Assembly: GCA_040954595.2 (NCBI GenBank)
Contig: JBECUI020000040.1
Span: 55,026 to 119,025 of the forward strand
DNA length: 64,000 bases
Origin: Balanoglossus misakiensis
Taxonomy: Eukaryota; Animalia; Hemichordata
Direction: 5' to 3'
In this document: piece by piece, positions 31,958 to 42,523 of the stretch
Position numbering within the stretch: the first letter of the stretch is position 1
How the letters are laid out: every line of letters begins with the position of its first letter
Translations under genes and position numbers: made by a program
The notes under the pieces: generated by a model
Told to the model about the DNA's origin: nothing
What the model saw: the letters and a program-made list of their open reading frames with translations, nothing else
Databases searched by the model: none

Positions 31958-32059
31958 GGAAAAATTTAAATTCCCAGCTTAGCAGGAATTATGGTGCATA
32001 CCTCGGTGAATCGAAGGGAGATTCCGGAACAAATCCAATATCATTCTAAGAAATAACAA

Positions 32060-32375
32060 TTCCCCAAACTCACTATAAATAGATTAAACTTTCCTCATGG
32101 AATCAGCCACCAGCTTCAGTGTTCTGCCTTATGCTTCAGCCCTGGTTAATCTTCCGGTGCAGGTGGTGCTGAATTTTGTTGAATGCCTCCATCTTGTCAT
32201 TGTTTCCATGTCTTCTCGGAGTGACCGGAACTAGTTGAGATTCAAACATTCTTCTCGGAATCGACCATCGAAGCTTTTGATGAAGCAGTTTTCGATGTGT
32301 TTATCTGGAATGATCTAACAGAGCTTGATACCGTTTAAATAGCATCACTGGCCCTGGTCTTTGCTTGTCAACTCA
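32060..32375 (-). mobile_element. IS3-family transposase (OrfB integrase core) remnant
   Basis: Minus strand: PELTSKDQGQ*CYLNGIKLC*IIPDKHIENCFIKSFDGRFREECLNLN*FRSL, a degraded PEFTSK...GKP.ENAFIESFNGRFRDECLN; left boundary approximate. Confidence 0.75.
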
Positions 32376-33083
32376 GGTAGTGTCAAGAATTTTGCACACT
32401 TTCAAATCTCCAATGTTGAAAGAGCCTAACTTACATCTTGCCTTATCGCTTTTAAGTAAGTCCATATTCAAATACTTTTCTGTACTCCATTTTGTTCCCA
32501 TGATGTACCTGAGCCTGGCAGCTGATAGCATAAGGGCCGAATCCCCATCGGGGAAATGTTCTGCTAGTATGGTTCTTCGAACCAGGGTTCTGCGTTTGAT
32601 TTCTTTCATGATTCTTTCAAGAGGATTATTAGTCCTGATCCGAATCCAATGTTCCTGAGGGAAATACCTATGCTCAAGAGTTTCGTGGATATAGTTTTTC
32701 ACCATCTTAGCAGCCTTGGGAAGTTTCATATTGCGGAGTTTCGCTTCAATCAGTTGAGCCTTCTCAAGAGCAGCATCACGATCTTCTTGCGCATGAATTG
32801 CCTTCTCAGCATTGCTGCAACTTCACGGACCTTCTCACGGGGAACTACTGAGAATACATTCCGGTAATAGTGAACAACGCATCGTTGCCAACGTGCTTTA
32901 GGGAAAAACTCTTCGATGGATTCAGGCCAATCCGATGCATTTGTCGCTTATGAAGAGCTTTAGTATCCTTGCCTTTTTAGAATGTGCGCAATTTTTAAAA
33001 CACCACCAATTAAACACTTCGCAAAACTAGTATACAACAAGGAAATTGCAGAAAACGAATACAGCATTTCCGTATCCAACTAT

Positions 33084-33190
33084 GTCGCTGCCGAAGTAGG
33101 GACAGGTCGCTGCCGAAGTAGGGACAGGTCGCTGCCGAAGTAGGGACAGGTCGCTGCCGAAGTAGGGACAGGTCGCGACCTGTCCCTACT
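33084..33190. repeat. 4 x 22-bp tandem repeat ending in a 30-bp perfect palindrome (REP-like)
   Basis: (gtcgctgccgaagtagggacag)x4; palindrome agtagggacaggtcgcgacctgtccctact at 33161-33190. Confidence 0.95.
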
Positions 33191-33413
33191 CATTGATGGG
33201 TTGATTCCGCCAAGTATTGATTCTCTACTAAGAGATCCTGGTTCAAATTGCTCATTGTCCCAGGGCTTTATCTTGGTTCCCCAAAGGGCCTCGGTAATAT
33301 CTTTAACTCGGCGCACTGAAACACCAGCTAAATACATTTCAACTAAGGCTTCTTCAACGGATGTTTCCCGGCGTTTATAACGCTCAATAATTGCTGTTTC
33401 GAATGGAAGCCGA

Positions 33414-33443
33414 AGTAGGGACAGGTCGCGACCTGTCCCTACT
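33414..33443. repeat. Second copy of the 30-bp perfect palindrome (GTAG-type REP-like)
   Basis: agtagggacaggtcgcgacctgtccctact; identical 36-nt context at 33409-33444 and 33156-33191. Confidence 0.95.
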
Positions 33444-33853
33444 CTTGAAAGCAGCGATATCCAACTTCCTGGTGTAATGTCCAGCACGAGTATCTTTTCG
33501 TGCATCCGTAGGTTCGTATTTTTCAGCCTGAAGTAAAAAATCTACCTCTGCATTGAGCATGGCATTCAAGGTTCCCTCTACGGTTTTTTTAACCATTTGG
33601 CTGCTCTGTAGGAGACCTTCATCGATCTGTATGATCTTTCCCGTGGGGTCTTTTTCTGACCTCATTTTGTCCTCCGTGTGAATGGTTTTACATTCGATTC
33701 CATTTCAACATTGGAGAAGTGCCCAAGATTTTTGGCACTACTGGATAAGGGTTTGTTTAGTTCTGGAACGGTCCCTGGATTTATTAGAATAAACTTTCCG
33801 CTTCCGTCTGGAATGAGCGTCTATTGGGCCGTGTAGATAGTTCCAGGAAAGAA

Positions 33854-36800
33854 TTATTGTTTCCCCGTACATTCAAGGACGATTTTTAATGGATTAAGGG
33901 GAGCTTCCTTGAATCCCAGAAAAAGATAAGATTGCTTTTTTTGATAGAGAATAGGGAGAAAAAGCCCTGATTTAATGAACCGAAAATCTTGGGAATTTAC
34001 TTTATCTCCAATAGGAGAATGCTTAATACTCTGAAGGAATACAACTAAACGGGGAGCAAACCACAGTCTCCACGTAGGTTCGTCTTTCGAGGTGGATAAC
34101 CGGGAGGCACTTTCTGTGTCCAGACCAATAGAGTAATCAATGCTCAAGCCATCTTCTTTCTTTTCAAAGAGCACACTGCAGAGAGCATTGTAGTTTTTTG
34201 CGATCTTTATGAGAGATTTGTATATCCCTGTTGCTCCTTGTTGATACCCAAAAAGGAAGTGATCGAAATCAAAGCCATCGGGAACCCATTGATTTCTTTT
34301 TCTTGCCATTAGAAGTTTGGAAGTAGAATCCTTCAAATCAGAGGGGAGGAGACCCTTGGTGTGAGTCCTGATGATACTTTCAAAGGTAAACTCTTCGCCA
34401 TCAACTTCCTGCGCAACCTGAGGTGTGTTGACTGGAGTGGAATGATCGAAAACATCGGTATCCTTCAGGACTTCTCTCAGGGTCCAGGTCGAAACCCCAT
34501 CATCCTGATCTTCATACTCATCCTGCTCGGAGGAGGGATGGTCTCCTGACGGCTCACTATAGTTCGGTTTCTCAGCATCTTCAATTTTGCTCTTCCCCTG
34601 TCTCAGGTTCAGGGGGTAGTAATCCAGCTGCATAAACTTTGCGTTGTACACGTAGTGATCTGAATGATTGATTTCTATAAGCTCTTTAGACTCATCAGAG
34701 AGAACAAGGGGAAGAATTTCCAGATTTTCCTCGGGTTCCCTAGGCAAGGTAGAAATCCCACTCCATTGGGGAAGATCTTCGGGAATTGCTGCTTCTTCCG
34801 GTTCGACAGTCAAGTCCTCAAGCTCACTAGGTAGTTCGGAGGCATCAAACTCCTCTTCCGTGGCAGAACTAAGGTCTTCTAAAGGTGCAAGTGATTCAAG
34901 GTCCTCAGCGGCAGAACTAAGGTCTTCTAAAGGTGCAAGTGATTCAAGGTCTTCAGCGGCAGAACTAAGGTCTTCTAAAGGCTCAAGTGATTCAAGGTCT
35001 TCCGTGGCAGACGTAAGGTCTTCTAAAGGTGCAAGTGATTCAAGGTCCTCAGCGGCAGAACTAAGGTCTTCTAAAGGCTCAAGTGATTCAAGGTCTTCAG
35101 CGGCAGAACTAAGGTCTTCTAAAGGCTCAAGTGATTCAAGGTCTTCCGTGGCAGACGTAAGGTCTTCTAAAGGTGCAAGTGATTCAAGGTCCTCAGCGGC
35201 AGAACTAAGGTCTTCTAAAGGTGCAAGTGATTCAAGGTCCTCAGCGGCAGAACTAAGGTCTTCTAAAGGTGCAAGTGATTCAAGGTCTTCAGCGGCAGAA
35301 CTAAGGTCTTCTAAAGGCTCAAGTGATTCAAGGTCCTCAGCGGCAGAACTAAGGTCCTCTAAAGGTGCAAGTGATTCAAGGTCCTCAGCGGCAGAACTAA
35401 GGTCTTCTAAAGGTGCAAGTGATTCAAGGTCTTCAGCGGCAGAACTAAGGTCTTCTAAAGGCTCAAGTGATTCAAGGTCCTCAGCGGCAGAACTAAGGTC
35501 TTCTAAAGGTGCAAGTGATTCAAGGTCTTCCGTGGCAGAACTAAGGTCTTCTAAAGGTGCAAGTGATTCAAGGTCTTCAGCGGCAGAACTAAGGTCTTCT
35601 AAAGGCTCAAGTGATTCAAGGTCCTCAGCGGCAGAACTAAGGTCTTCTAAAGGTGCAAGTGATTCAAGGTCTTCCGTGGCAGAACTAAGGTCTTCTAAAG
35701 GTGCAAGTGATTCAAGGTCTTCAGCGGCAGAACTAAGGTCTTCTAAAGGCTCAAGTGATTCAAGGTCCTCAGCGGCAGAACTAAGGTCTTCTAAAGGTGC
35801 AAGTGATTCAAGGTCTTCAGCGGCAGAACTAAGGTCTTCTAAAGGCTCAAGTGATTCAAGGTCTTCCGTGACTGCAACTTTGACCATCTCTACAGGTTTA
35901 CTGACAGCTTTCTCGGCTACGGAAATGGCTTCAGGACTGACGCTTACCTTTACAGAGGCAACAGCTTTGGTGATTATTTTTTCAATTTCTTTAAGGTTCC
36001 ACAGAGAGCCATCAGAGAACGTAGGTACAGTTGTGCTATCACCCCCCTGTCTACCCATGACCTCAAGAATTTCATTCCAACCTTTGTCTATCAAATCATC
36101 GACTATATCAGAGTCCGTTTTCTTAAGTCTCCCCAAACCCCTACGAAGTTCCTTCCTAACTTCTTCTCGACGTAACTCCAGCTCGCTTGCTTTTACTCGA
36201 TAGTTACTACCTTCCTTACCCGAGAGCCAGTCCTTAATCAAACCTATCTGGAGCTTTTTAATACGCTCTCTAAGAATTACCACCTGCTCCTGCCGCAGAT
36301 TAAAAAGAAGATAAAACATCAGACTTAGAGTCGTAAAAAAGACCGTGAGAATAAGTCCCTGGATAAGGGGAGAAAAGCTGAAAAATTTCCCCGGGATCAA
36401 ACGGCCGATATAGAACTTCTCTTCTCCAGAACCAACAGCAACCGTTGCCAGCCAGTAACTCTCCTTGGGGATTTTTGAACCTCCTGCCAGAGCAAAGATC
36501 TGGAAGGGTTCTGGGGAAGTTTCCCCGGACCAGAGTTCCAAACCTTCCCCAACAACCCTGGCCGCCTGGCTGGGACGAAGATCGATAACTACCCCCCTGT
36601 CTTCGACGATCCAGACTGTCCCTCCAGAGGCTGTGCGATTTTCCATAGCAAGGGAGGCTTCAAGTCCCGTAGAATTCATGGTAACGACTGCCCAACCGCG
36701 ATAGTTGAAGGCCCTGTCGGTCAGTGGAAGAACATAATGAAATCTCTGTCCGATCTCATCGTGATAAAACCAGGATGCCTCGCGGACAGATTCGCCCAGT

Positions 36801-37267
36801 GGAAGGACAGGAACATCCTCCTCATTATTCCAGCGCCGATAACTTCTTCGTTGACCGAGAACCTCAGAATTGATGTCGGAAAGGAGAGTGGAAAACTGAA
36901 TGGCCCCAGTATTATCGAGAATGCGCAGAGAGACAAAACCGTCCAGATTATCGACCAGAGAGGCAGAAATTCTTTCTAATTCAAAGTAGGAGTCATCCTG
37001 ACGAACAGAGAAAACAGCCTGGAAGGAGCGTTCATTGGCCAGATCAGAAAATCTGGCCAGGTTGTTTTCATGCCAAAGACGGACAGCATCTCCATCCTCT
37101 TTCAAGCGAAAAAGCTGATCGACCTTAACACGTTCACTAAAGAAATCAGACTCAAGGTAACGAAACAAGCCAGTGTAGGCTAAAACAGCAAATGCAGCTG
37201 TACCTGCAAGGGACAGTAGAAAAGTAAGGGCTATTTTCTGTTTGGAATGCATCCCTCTTAACCTCAA
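33854..37267 (-). CDS. Large two-TM membrane protein with cytoplasmic acidic tandem repeats
   Basis: 1137-aa uninterrupted ORF: TM1, periplasmic domain, TM2, coiled coil, 21 x 16-aa repeat, C-terminal globular domain. Confidence 0.88.
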   Translation of the reverse strand: MRLRGMHSKQKIALTFLLSLAGTAAFAVLAYTGLFRYLESDFFSERVKVDQLFRLKEDGDAVRLWHENNLARFSDLANERSFQAVFSVRQDDSYFELERISASLVDNLDGFVSLRILDNTGAIQFSTLLSDINSEVLGQRRSYRRWNNEEDVPVLPLGESVREASWFYHDEIGQRFHYVLPLTDRAFNYRGWAVVTMNSTGLEASLAMENRTASGGTVWIVEDRGVVIDLRPSQAARVVGEGLELWSGETSPEPFQIFALAGGSKIPKESYWLATVAVGSGEEKFYIGRLIPGKFFSFSPLIQGLILTVFFTTLSLMFYLLFNLRQEQVVILRERIKKLQIGLIKDWLSGKEGSNYRVKASELELRREEVRKELRRGLGRLKKTDSDIVDDLIDKGWNEILEVMGRQGGDSTTVPTFSDGSLWNLKEIEKIITKAVASVKVSVSPEAISVAEKAVSKPVEMVKVAVTEDLESLEPLEDLSSAAEDLESLAPLEDLSSAAEDLESLEPLEDLSSAAEDLESLAPLEDLSSATEDLESLAPLEDLSSAAEDLESLEPLEDLSSAAEDLESLAPLEDLSSATEDLESLAPLEDLSSAAEDLESLEPLEDLSSAAEDLESLAPLEDLSSAAEDLESLAPLEDLSSAAEDLESLEPLEDLSSAAEDLESLAPLEDLSSAAEDLESLAPLEDLSSAAEDLESLAPLEDLTSATEDLESLEPLEDLSSAAEDLESLEPLEDLSSAAEDLESLAPLEDLTSATEDLESLEPLEDLSSAAEDLESLAPLEDLSSAAEDLESLAPLEDLSSATEEEFDASELPSELEDLTVEPEEAAIPEDLPQWSGISTLPREPEENLEILPLVLSDESKELIEINHSDHYVYNAKFMQLDYYPLNLRQGKSKIEDAEKPNYSEPSGDHPSSEQDEYEDQDDGVSTWTLREVLKDTDVFDHSTPVNTPQVAQEVDGEEFTFESIIRTHTKGLLPSDLKDSTSKLLMARKRNQWVPDGFDFDHFLFGYQQGATGIYKSLIKIAKNYNALCSVLFEKKEDGLSIDYSIGLDTESASRLSTSKDEPTWRLWFAPRLVVFLQSIKHSPIGDKVNSQDFRFIKSGLFLPILYQKKQSYLFLGFKEAPLNPLKIVLECTGKQ
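34862..35869 (-). repeat. 48-bp coding tandem repeat, 21 copies ([A/T]EDLESL[A/E]PLEDL[S/T]SA)
   Basis: Near-identical units counted from the translation; 21 x 48 = 1008 bp. Confidence 0.97.
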
Positions 37268-37391
37268 CCATCCTTATATAACCAACATTCGTTTGAAAAA
37301 ACCCATGGTTAGGAGCCCCTACCACTTAAGGTCTTTAAGATATTGTCGGAATTTCTAAGACATAACATAAATGCCAAGTTCAGGCAAATGC

Positions 37392-37937
37392 TTATTTTGG
37401 CTGAGTCTTTTCGTCTACCTGAGATGCGACTGTCTCACTCGTATCCTCTTTGTCATCTTGGGAAGCTTCTCCGGACTCGGGAGGAGAAGCAGAAGACACA
37501 ACATCAGCCGTAATGGCTTTGGAATCAGGAGATCCCCGCTTCACTTTTTTCTTTTTACTCTTCGGAGGGGAAAGCTCTGAGTCATCTTTGAGCAACTCCA
37601 GAATGACCATTTCAGCAAGGTCGTTCCGACGAAGGCCTTTCTTCAGCATCCGGGTATACCCCCCAGGACGTTCTGCGAAAGAAGGGCCTACTTCTGTAAA
37701 AAGTTTATTTAAAACAACCTTTGTGTAGATTTTTTTAGCAGCAATGCGCCTGTTATGAACAGAATCGACCTTAGCCCGAGTAAGCAGTTTTTCTGCTACT
37801 CTGCGAACCTCAAGTGCCTTGGCCTTCGTCGTTTCAATACGACCATGCTTAATAAGCGAGGTAAGCATGTTTCTACATAGCGCCTTCCGATGACTGGACT
37901 TGCGGCCAAGCCTATTAAAACCAATCCTATTGTGCAT
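37392..37937 (-). CDS. rplQ: 50S ribosomal protein L17 with low-complexity C-terminal extension
   Basis: [27 protein letters not shown]. Confidence 0.97.
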   Translation of the reverse strand: MHNRIGFNRLGRKSSHRKALCRNMLTSLIKHGRIETTKAKALEVRRVAEKLLTRAKVDSVHNRRIAAKKIYTKVVLNKLFTEVGPSFAERPGGYTRMLKKGLRRNDLAEMVILELLKDDSELSPPKSKKKKVKRGSPDSKAITADVVSSASPPESGEASQDDKEDTSETVASQVDEKTQPK

Positions 37938-39034
37938 TAGCCCTGTGTCTCCTCTGTAGATACGATGGATTCAGCTTTCTTCGCAGCGGCCTCGCGAGAG
38001 ATTCCTCTCTCACCAATTTTTATGGAATTCTTCAGGATGCTGTAATCAGTCATTCCCAAATTTAAATTCCACTCCTTAAGCTTTTCTTTGATTTCCTGAA
38101 GAGACTTCTTGCCAAAATTTCTGGTTTTAGCAATGTCGTCGGCAGTTCTCCGGGCAAGCTCCCCTATTGTTTTAATATTGGCGTTTTTCAGACAGTTACT
38201 GGAGCGTACGGAAAGCTCAAGCTCTTCAACAGGAGTCTCCATAAGGATTCTAACTCGTTCTTCGTCTTCGTCAAGGCTTTCTTCGCTCTCGAATTCTTCT
38301 TCGTCGAAGTTAATAAAAATAGAGAAATGTTCCTTGGCTATTTTTGCGGCCTCGGCAAGGGTGTTTTCTGCTGAGATTGTGCTATCCGTCCAAATTTCCA
38401 TAATGAGCTTATCGTAGTCCGAACGCTGACCTACTCGAGTATTTTCTACGGAATATTTAACTTTAAGGACGGGGCTGAAAATTGAATCAATAGGAATGGT
38501 CCCTAGGTACTCAATGTACTTGTTATTGACTTCAGCAGGAACATAACCGCGGCCAAGATTGATTTGAACTTGAAAATCAAGATTGGCTCCTTCCATCAAA
38601 GTGCAGATCAACTGTTCTTTGTTGGCAACTAAGACACCCATCCGTTCGAGATCAGCACCAGTCATCCTACCCGAGCCTTTCCATTCCAGACTAATAGTTA
38701 GCTCCTCCATATCTTCAGGAAGCCTTAACTGCAGAGATTTGAGATTACTGATGATCTCCGGTGTGTCCTCAACCACATGAGGAATAGACTCATACTCACT
38801 GGCAACAACATTAGAACTTCCATCTTCGTTAAAAACCACGATTCGCACAGCAGACACAGCATAGCCTTGTATTGATGAGAGAAGAATTCTTCTCAAGGTA
38901 TTGCCTAGTGTAATTCCGTATCCTCTTTCGAAGGGATAAGCTACAAATTTACCATAATCCGGAGTTTCTTCACTGCGTTCAAATGTGGCCGCTTTAGGTC
39001 TTTTAAACCCTTTCAGAAGATTTTTTCTTGCCAT
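37937..39034 (-). CDS. rpoA: RNA polymerase alpha subunit
   Basis: [41 protein letters not shown]. Confidence 0.98.
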   Translation of the reverse strand: MARKNLLKGFKRPKAATFERSEETPDYGKFVAYPFERGYGITLGNTLRRILLSSIQGYAVSAVRIVVFNEDGSSNVVASEYESIPHVVEDTPEIISNLKSLQLRLPEDMEELTISLEWKGSGRMTGADLERMGVLVANKEQLICTLMEGANLDFQVQINLGRGYVPAEVNNKYIEYLGTIPIDSIFSPVLKVKYSVENTRVGQRSDYDKLIMEIWTDSTISAENTLAEAAKIAKEHFSIFINFDEEEFESEESLDEDEERVRILMETPVEELELSVRSSNCLKNANIKTIGELARRTADDIAKTRNFGKKSLQEIKEKLKEWNLNLGMTDYSILKNSIKIGERGISREAAAKKAESIVSTEETQG

Positions 39035-39094
39035 ATATCGCTCCTCTCGTACGGGGGCCCAATCAAGGGAAATTTAGATGTTCCAGAGATGTGA

Positions 39095-39476
39095 CTATAC
39101 CCGTCGGCTCTTCGGGGGACGACAACCGTTATGGGGAATAGGGGTGGTGTCCTTAATTGTTCTTACTCGAAGTCCCATATTACCTAGGGACCTGATAGCC
39201 GATTCTCTTCCGACTCCAGGACCTCTCACAAAAACATTCACCACTTGAAGTCCATAATCCCTGGCCCTGCCTGTGGCTGTCTCTGCGGTAGTCTGGGCAG
39301 CATAAGGAGTCGATTTTTTTAGCTCCTCTAAATCCAAGAGAGCCTGCACTGCACCAAGCAATGGTATTACCCTTCAGGTCGGTAATCGTCACAATTGTAT
39401 TGTTAAAACTAGCTTGGATATAGGCATTGCCTTCCAGTACTATCTTTTTCTCACGTTTCTTTTTGGTTTTAGCCAC
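39095..39476 (-). CDS. rpsK: 30S ribosomal protein S11 (frameshifted)
   Basis: [14 protein letters not shown]; [19 protein letters not shown]. Confidence 0.95.
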
Positions 39477-39495
39477 GCATCATCCTCCGATCCGC

Positions 39496-39861
39496 TTATT
39501 TCTTTTTCTTGGCAACAGTCTTAGGTTTCCCTTTGCGGGTCCTGGCATTCGTTTTAGTTCGTTGCCCTCGCAAAGGAAGGCCCCGACGATGCCTTAGGCC
39601 TCGATAACAACCGATGTCCATCAGACGTTTAATGTTAAGAGAGACTTCCGACCGAAGTCTTCCCTCAACTTTATAATCATTTTCAATGACTTTCCTGAGG
39701 TTTTTAAGTTCCTCGGCAGAAAGTTGATCAATACGTACTTTCGGGTCAATATTAATTGCCTCACAAATCTGCCGGGCTGAGGTCCTACCGATACCGTAAA
39801 TATAGATTAACGCAATGTCCGTCTGCTTGTTGGGTAAGTCAACACCCGCTATACGCACCAT
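39496..39861 (-). CDS. rpsM: 30S ribosomal protein S13
   Basis: [36 protein letters not shown]. Confidence 0.98.
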   Translation of the reverse strand: MVRIAGVDLPNKQTDIALIYIYGIGRTSARQICEAINIDPKVRIDQLSAEELKNLRKVIENDYKVEGRLRSEVSLNIKRLMDIGCYRGLRHRRGLPLRGQRTKTNARTRKGKPKTVAKKKK

Positions 39862-39872
39862 TAGATTAACTC

Positions 39873-39986
39873 CTATTTCTGTCGTTGTTTATGTTTGGGA
39901 TTCGAACAGATAATCCGCACAACACCGCAACGACGTATTACCCGACATTTCTCGCATATAGGTTTTACGCTAGCTCTTACTTTCAT
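39873..39986 (-). CDS. rpmJ: 50S ribosomal protein L36 (not in ORF track)
   Basis: [37 protein letters not shown]. Confidence 0.97.
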   Translation of the reverse strand: MKVRASVKPICEKCRVIRRCGVVRIICSNPKHKQRQK

Positions 39987-40003
39987 GATTACTCCTTAAC
40001 TTA

Positions 40004-41335
40004 CTACAAGGTTCTAGAGCGGAGTTTTCCGCCTTTGGTCAGACCTTCATGGTGATGCATCTTTAGATGTCCTTCAATTTGACTCATCGTATCCAAATCG
40101 ACTCCCACCATGATCAGCAAGGAGGTTCCCCCCATAATGTAGGCAACCTGTTGTGGGAATCCAAAAAGATTTACAATAAGTGAAGGGATCAGAGCAATAA
40201 GCGCAAGGAAAAGAGAGCCGGGAAGTACCAATCTATTCAAGATTCTGGTTAAATACCCCTCCATATTTTCACTCCTGATCCCAGGGATAGAACCTCCATT
40301 CTCTCGAATCTGCTTGGCAATTTCTACTGGATTCAATGATACCTGAGTGTAAAAATAAGCAAAGAAAACGATTAGAATTGTGTAGAGAGCCAGATAAGGC
40401 CCGCCGTTTGGCCTCAAGAAACTGGCAATTCTGGCCCATCCAGCACTTGAAGCCCCTAGACCCGAGGCAATCTGCAAAGGAAAAGTCAAAATGGAAGAAG
40501 CAAAAATTATTGGGATTACTCCTGAAGGATTTATCTTAAAAGGTATATATGAATTCTGGGCACCGTAAATTTTCCGACCGACAATACGCCTGGCATAATG
40601 AACGGGAATCTTTCGCTGCCCCTGCTGTTCGTAAATGACCAAAACCACCACGAGCACAAATATGACAAAAGCAAAAATGACAAAACCGGATTGAGGTTGC
40701 CAAGTCGAATCTCCTGAAAGAGCAGATTTATGGCTCCAGGCATTCTGGCAACAATACCAGTAAAAATCAACAAAGAAATCCCGTTACCAACGCCCCTGTT
40801 GCTTATCTGTTCTCCAATCCACATAAGAAGAACGGTTCCAGCTGTCACCGTTAACAAGGCAATAAAGAATGAAACGCCAGCCCAGTAAAGAAGTATTGAT
40901 AGCATCGGGAATCCGTCGGGCGTAACCAGTTAAAGCCCAGGCCTGGATAAGGCAGATCAACACTGTTCCATATCGAGTCAATCGTTGGATTTTTTTCCGA
41001 CCACCCTCTTCCTCTGAGATTTTCTTCAACCTGGGAAAAACCAGAAGCATGAGCTGCATAATAATGCTCGTGGAGATGTAAGGCATGATACCTAACATGA
41101 ATATCGAGAAATTTTTAAAGGCCCCGCCGGCAAAAAAGTCAAGATAATCAACAATACCAAGCCCCGCTGCTCCTCCAGCCTGAGTAGCAAAGTAGAGCTT
41201 CAGAACATTGACATCCACTCCAGGTATGGGGATAACTGAACCAATCCTGTGAATCACCAGCATACTCAGAGTAAAGATTACACGTCTGCGAAGGTCGGGG
41301 ATTCTGAAAATATCAACTATAGGGTTGTTGGCCAT
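40004..41335 (-). CDS. secY: Preprotein translocase SecY (frameshifted)
   Basis: LGIMPYISTSII, WIGEQISNRGVGNGISL, PSGVIPIIFASS, IPGIR, GGTSLLI. Confidence 0.96.
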
Positions 41336-41341
41336 TATACC

Positions 41342-41812
41342 CTACTTCCCTGTATCCGACGAAGCGGCAGACAAGGTGACATTACCACCTGCCTTTTCAA
41401 TCTTTGCCCGGGCCGAAGCAGATACGGCTGGAACCGACACGATCAGCTTCTTTGTCAGTTCCCCCTTACCAAGGATCTTCACAAGCTTCTCATGTTTTTT
41501 GACGAGGCCTCCGGCAATCAGAGTCTCCAGGTCAATGCGGTCACCATCGGCATAAGCCCTTTCAAGAGCAGCAAGGTTAATAGCCACATACTTGATTTTT
41601 AAAGGGATGGTTCGAGAAACCCCGAGAGGCTACCCCGTCGGTACAGAGCATTTGTCCACCTTCAAAGCCTATGCGCACACCACCACCAGAACGTGCTTTC
41701 TGTCCTTTATGACCACGACCGGCAGTTTTACCACCACCAGAGGAACGCCCCCTTCCCTTAATGGTCTTGGTCTTATTTGCCCTTGGGGAACTCTAAGCAT
41801 AAATTCACTCAT
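41342..41812 (-). CDS. rplO: 50S ribosomal protein L15 (frameshifted)
   Basis: [20 protein letters not shown]; [10 protein letters not shown] and FEGGQM in other frames. Confidence 0.93.
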
Positions 41813-42010
41813 TGGACATCCTCCACCTCTATGAGATGAGAAACCGCGCTCACCATACCCAGTACTGCTGGATTTGCGTTCTTTTCTACTATGGAATTCA
41901 AACTTCCTAAGGCCCAGAGCTCTGACCGTTTTCTTCTGTTCAGGCTTACGTCCAATAGTGCTGCGGACAAGTTTTATCCGAATTCTCGGGGTCTGTTTTT
42001 CTCCAGCCAT
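41809..42010 (-). CDS. rpmD: 50S ribosomal protein L30 (frameshifted)
   Basis: IRIKLVRSTIGRKPEQKKTVRALGLRK. Confidence 0.92.
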
Positions 42011-42011
42011 A

Positions 42012-42514
42012 CTAACCCCACATATCCTTAATTGTTTTGCCACGGCCAACAGCAATTTCCTTGGGATCAAAAAGTTGGCCAAGACCAGAGAAAACACCCT
42101 TAACAATATTGATGGTATTTTTGGAGCCCAGTCTCTTAGCTAAAACATCCTTTACTCCAACAGCTTCCATAACGGCCCGAACAGGTCCCCTGCAATAATA
42201 CCTGTGCCTGGAGTTGCTGGTTTTAAAAGTACCGAGGCACTTTTGTACTTTCCTAAGACCTCATGGGGTAAGGTGTTTCTCTTAAGAGGTACATGAATAA
42301 AGTTCTTTTTAGCCTTATCTATACTTTTGCGAATGGCTTCAGAAACATCATTCGCCTTACCAAATCCTAAACCGACACGGCCTTCTCCATCTCCCACAAC
42401 CATTAAAGCGCTGAAGGACATTTTTCGTCCCCCTTTAACTGCCTTGGAAACACGAGATATCCGAATAAGCTTCTCTGTAAATTCCTTTTCTTCGCTTCTT
42501 TCCCGTACTGTCAT
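42012..42514 (-). CDS. rpsE: 30S ribosomal protein S5 (frameshifted)
   Basis: [30 protein letters not shown]. Confidence 0.95.
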
Positions 42515-42523
42515 TCCGTTCCT

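Larger units (their letters stand above)
32376..33742 (-). mobile_element. IS256-family element, degraded and interrupted
   Basis: Fragments RKDTRAGHYTRKL, LPFETAIIERYKRRETSVEEALVEMYLAGVSVRRV, WQRCVVHY, RIRTNNPLERIMKEIKRRT; imperfect IRs at 32376-32402 and 33716-33742; no TSD seen. Confidence 0.9.

Noticed and set aside
31896-32060. 6S RNA upstream of rny
   Set aside because: No long irregular hairpin recognised; the region holds a plain promoter and IS debris.
33084-33190. Possible CRISPR array
   Set aside because: Units are contiguous with no unique spacers; no cas genes in the window.
34862-35869. Possible CRISPR array or DGR template/variable repeats
   Set aside because: In-frame coding tandem repeat with no spacers, no adenine-specific variation pattern and no reverse transcriptase.
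34668-36203. 511-aa Ser-rich ORF on + strand
   Set aside because: Codon-aligned antisense shadow of the repeat gene; a stop-free repeat unit explains most of its length.
39034-40004. Absence of rpsD, infA, adk and map from the spc/alpha operons
   Set aside because: Usual arrangement in spirochaetes; not novel.
41669-42106. 145-aa ORF spanning rpsE/rpmD/rplO
   Set aside because: Chimera of frameshifted pieces of three ribosomal protein genes.
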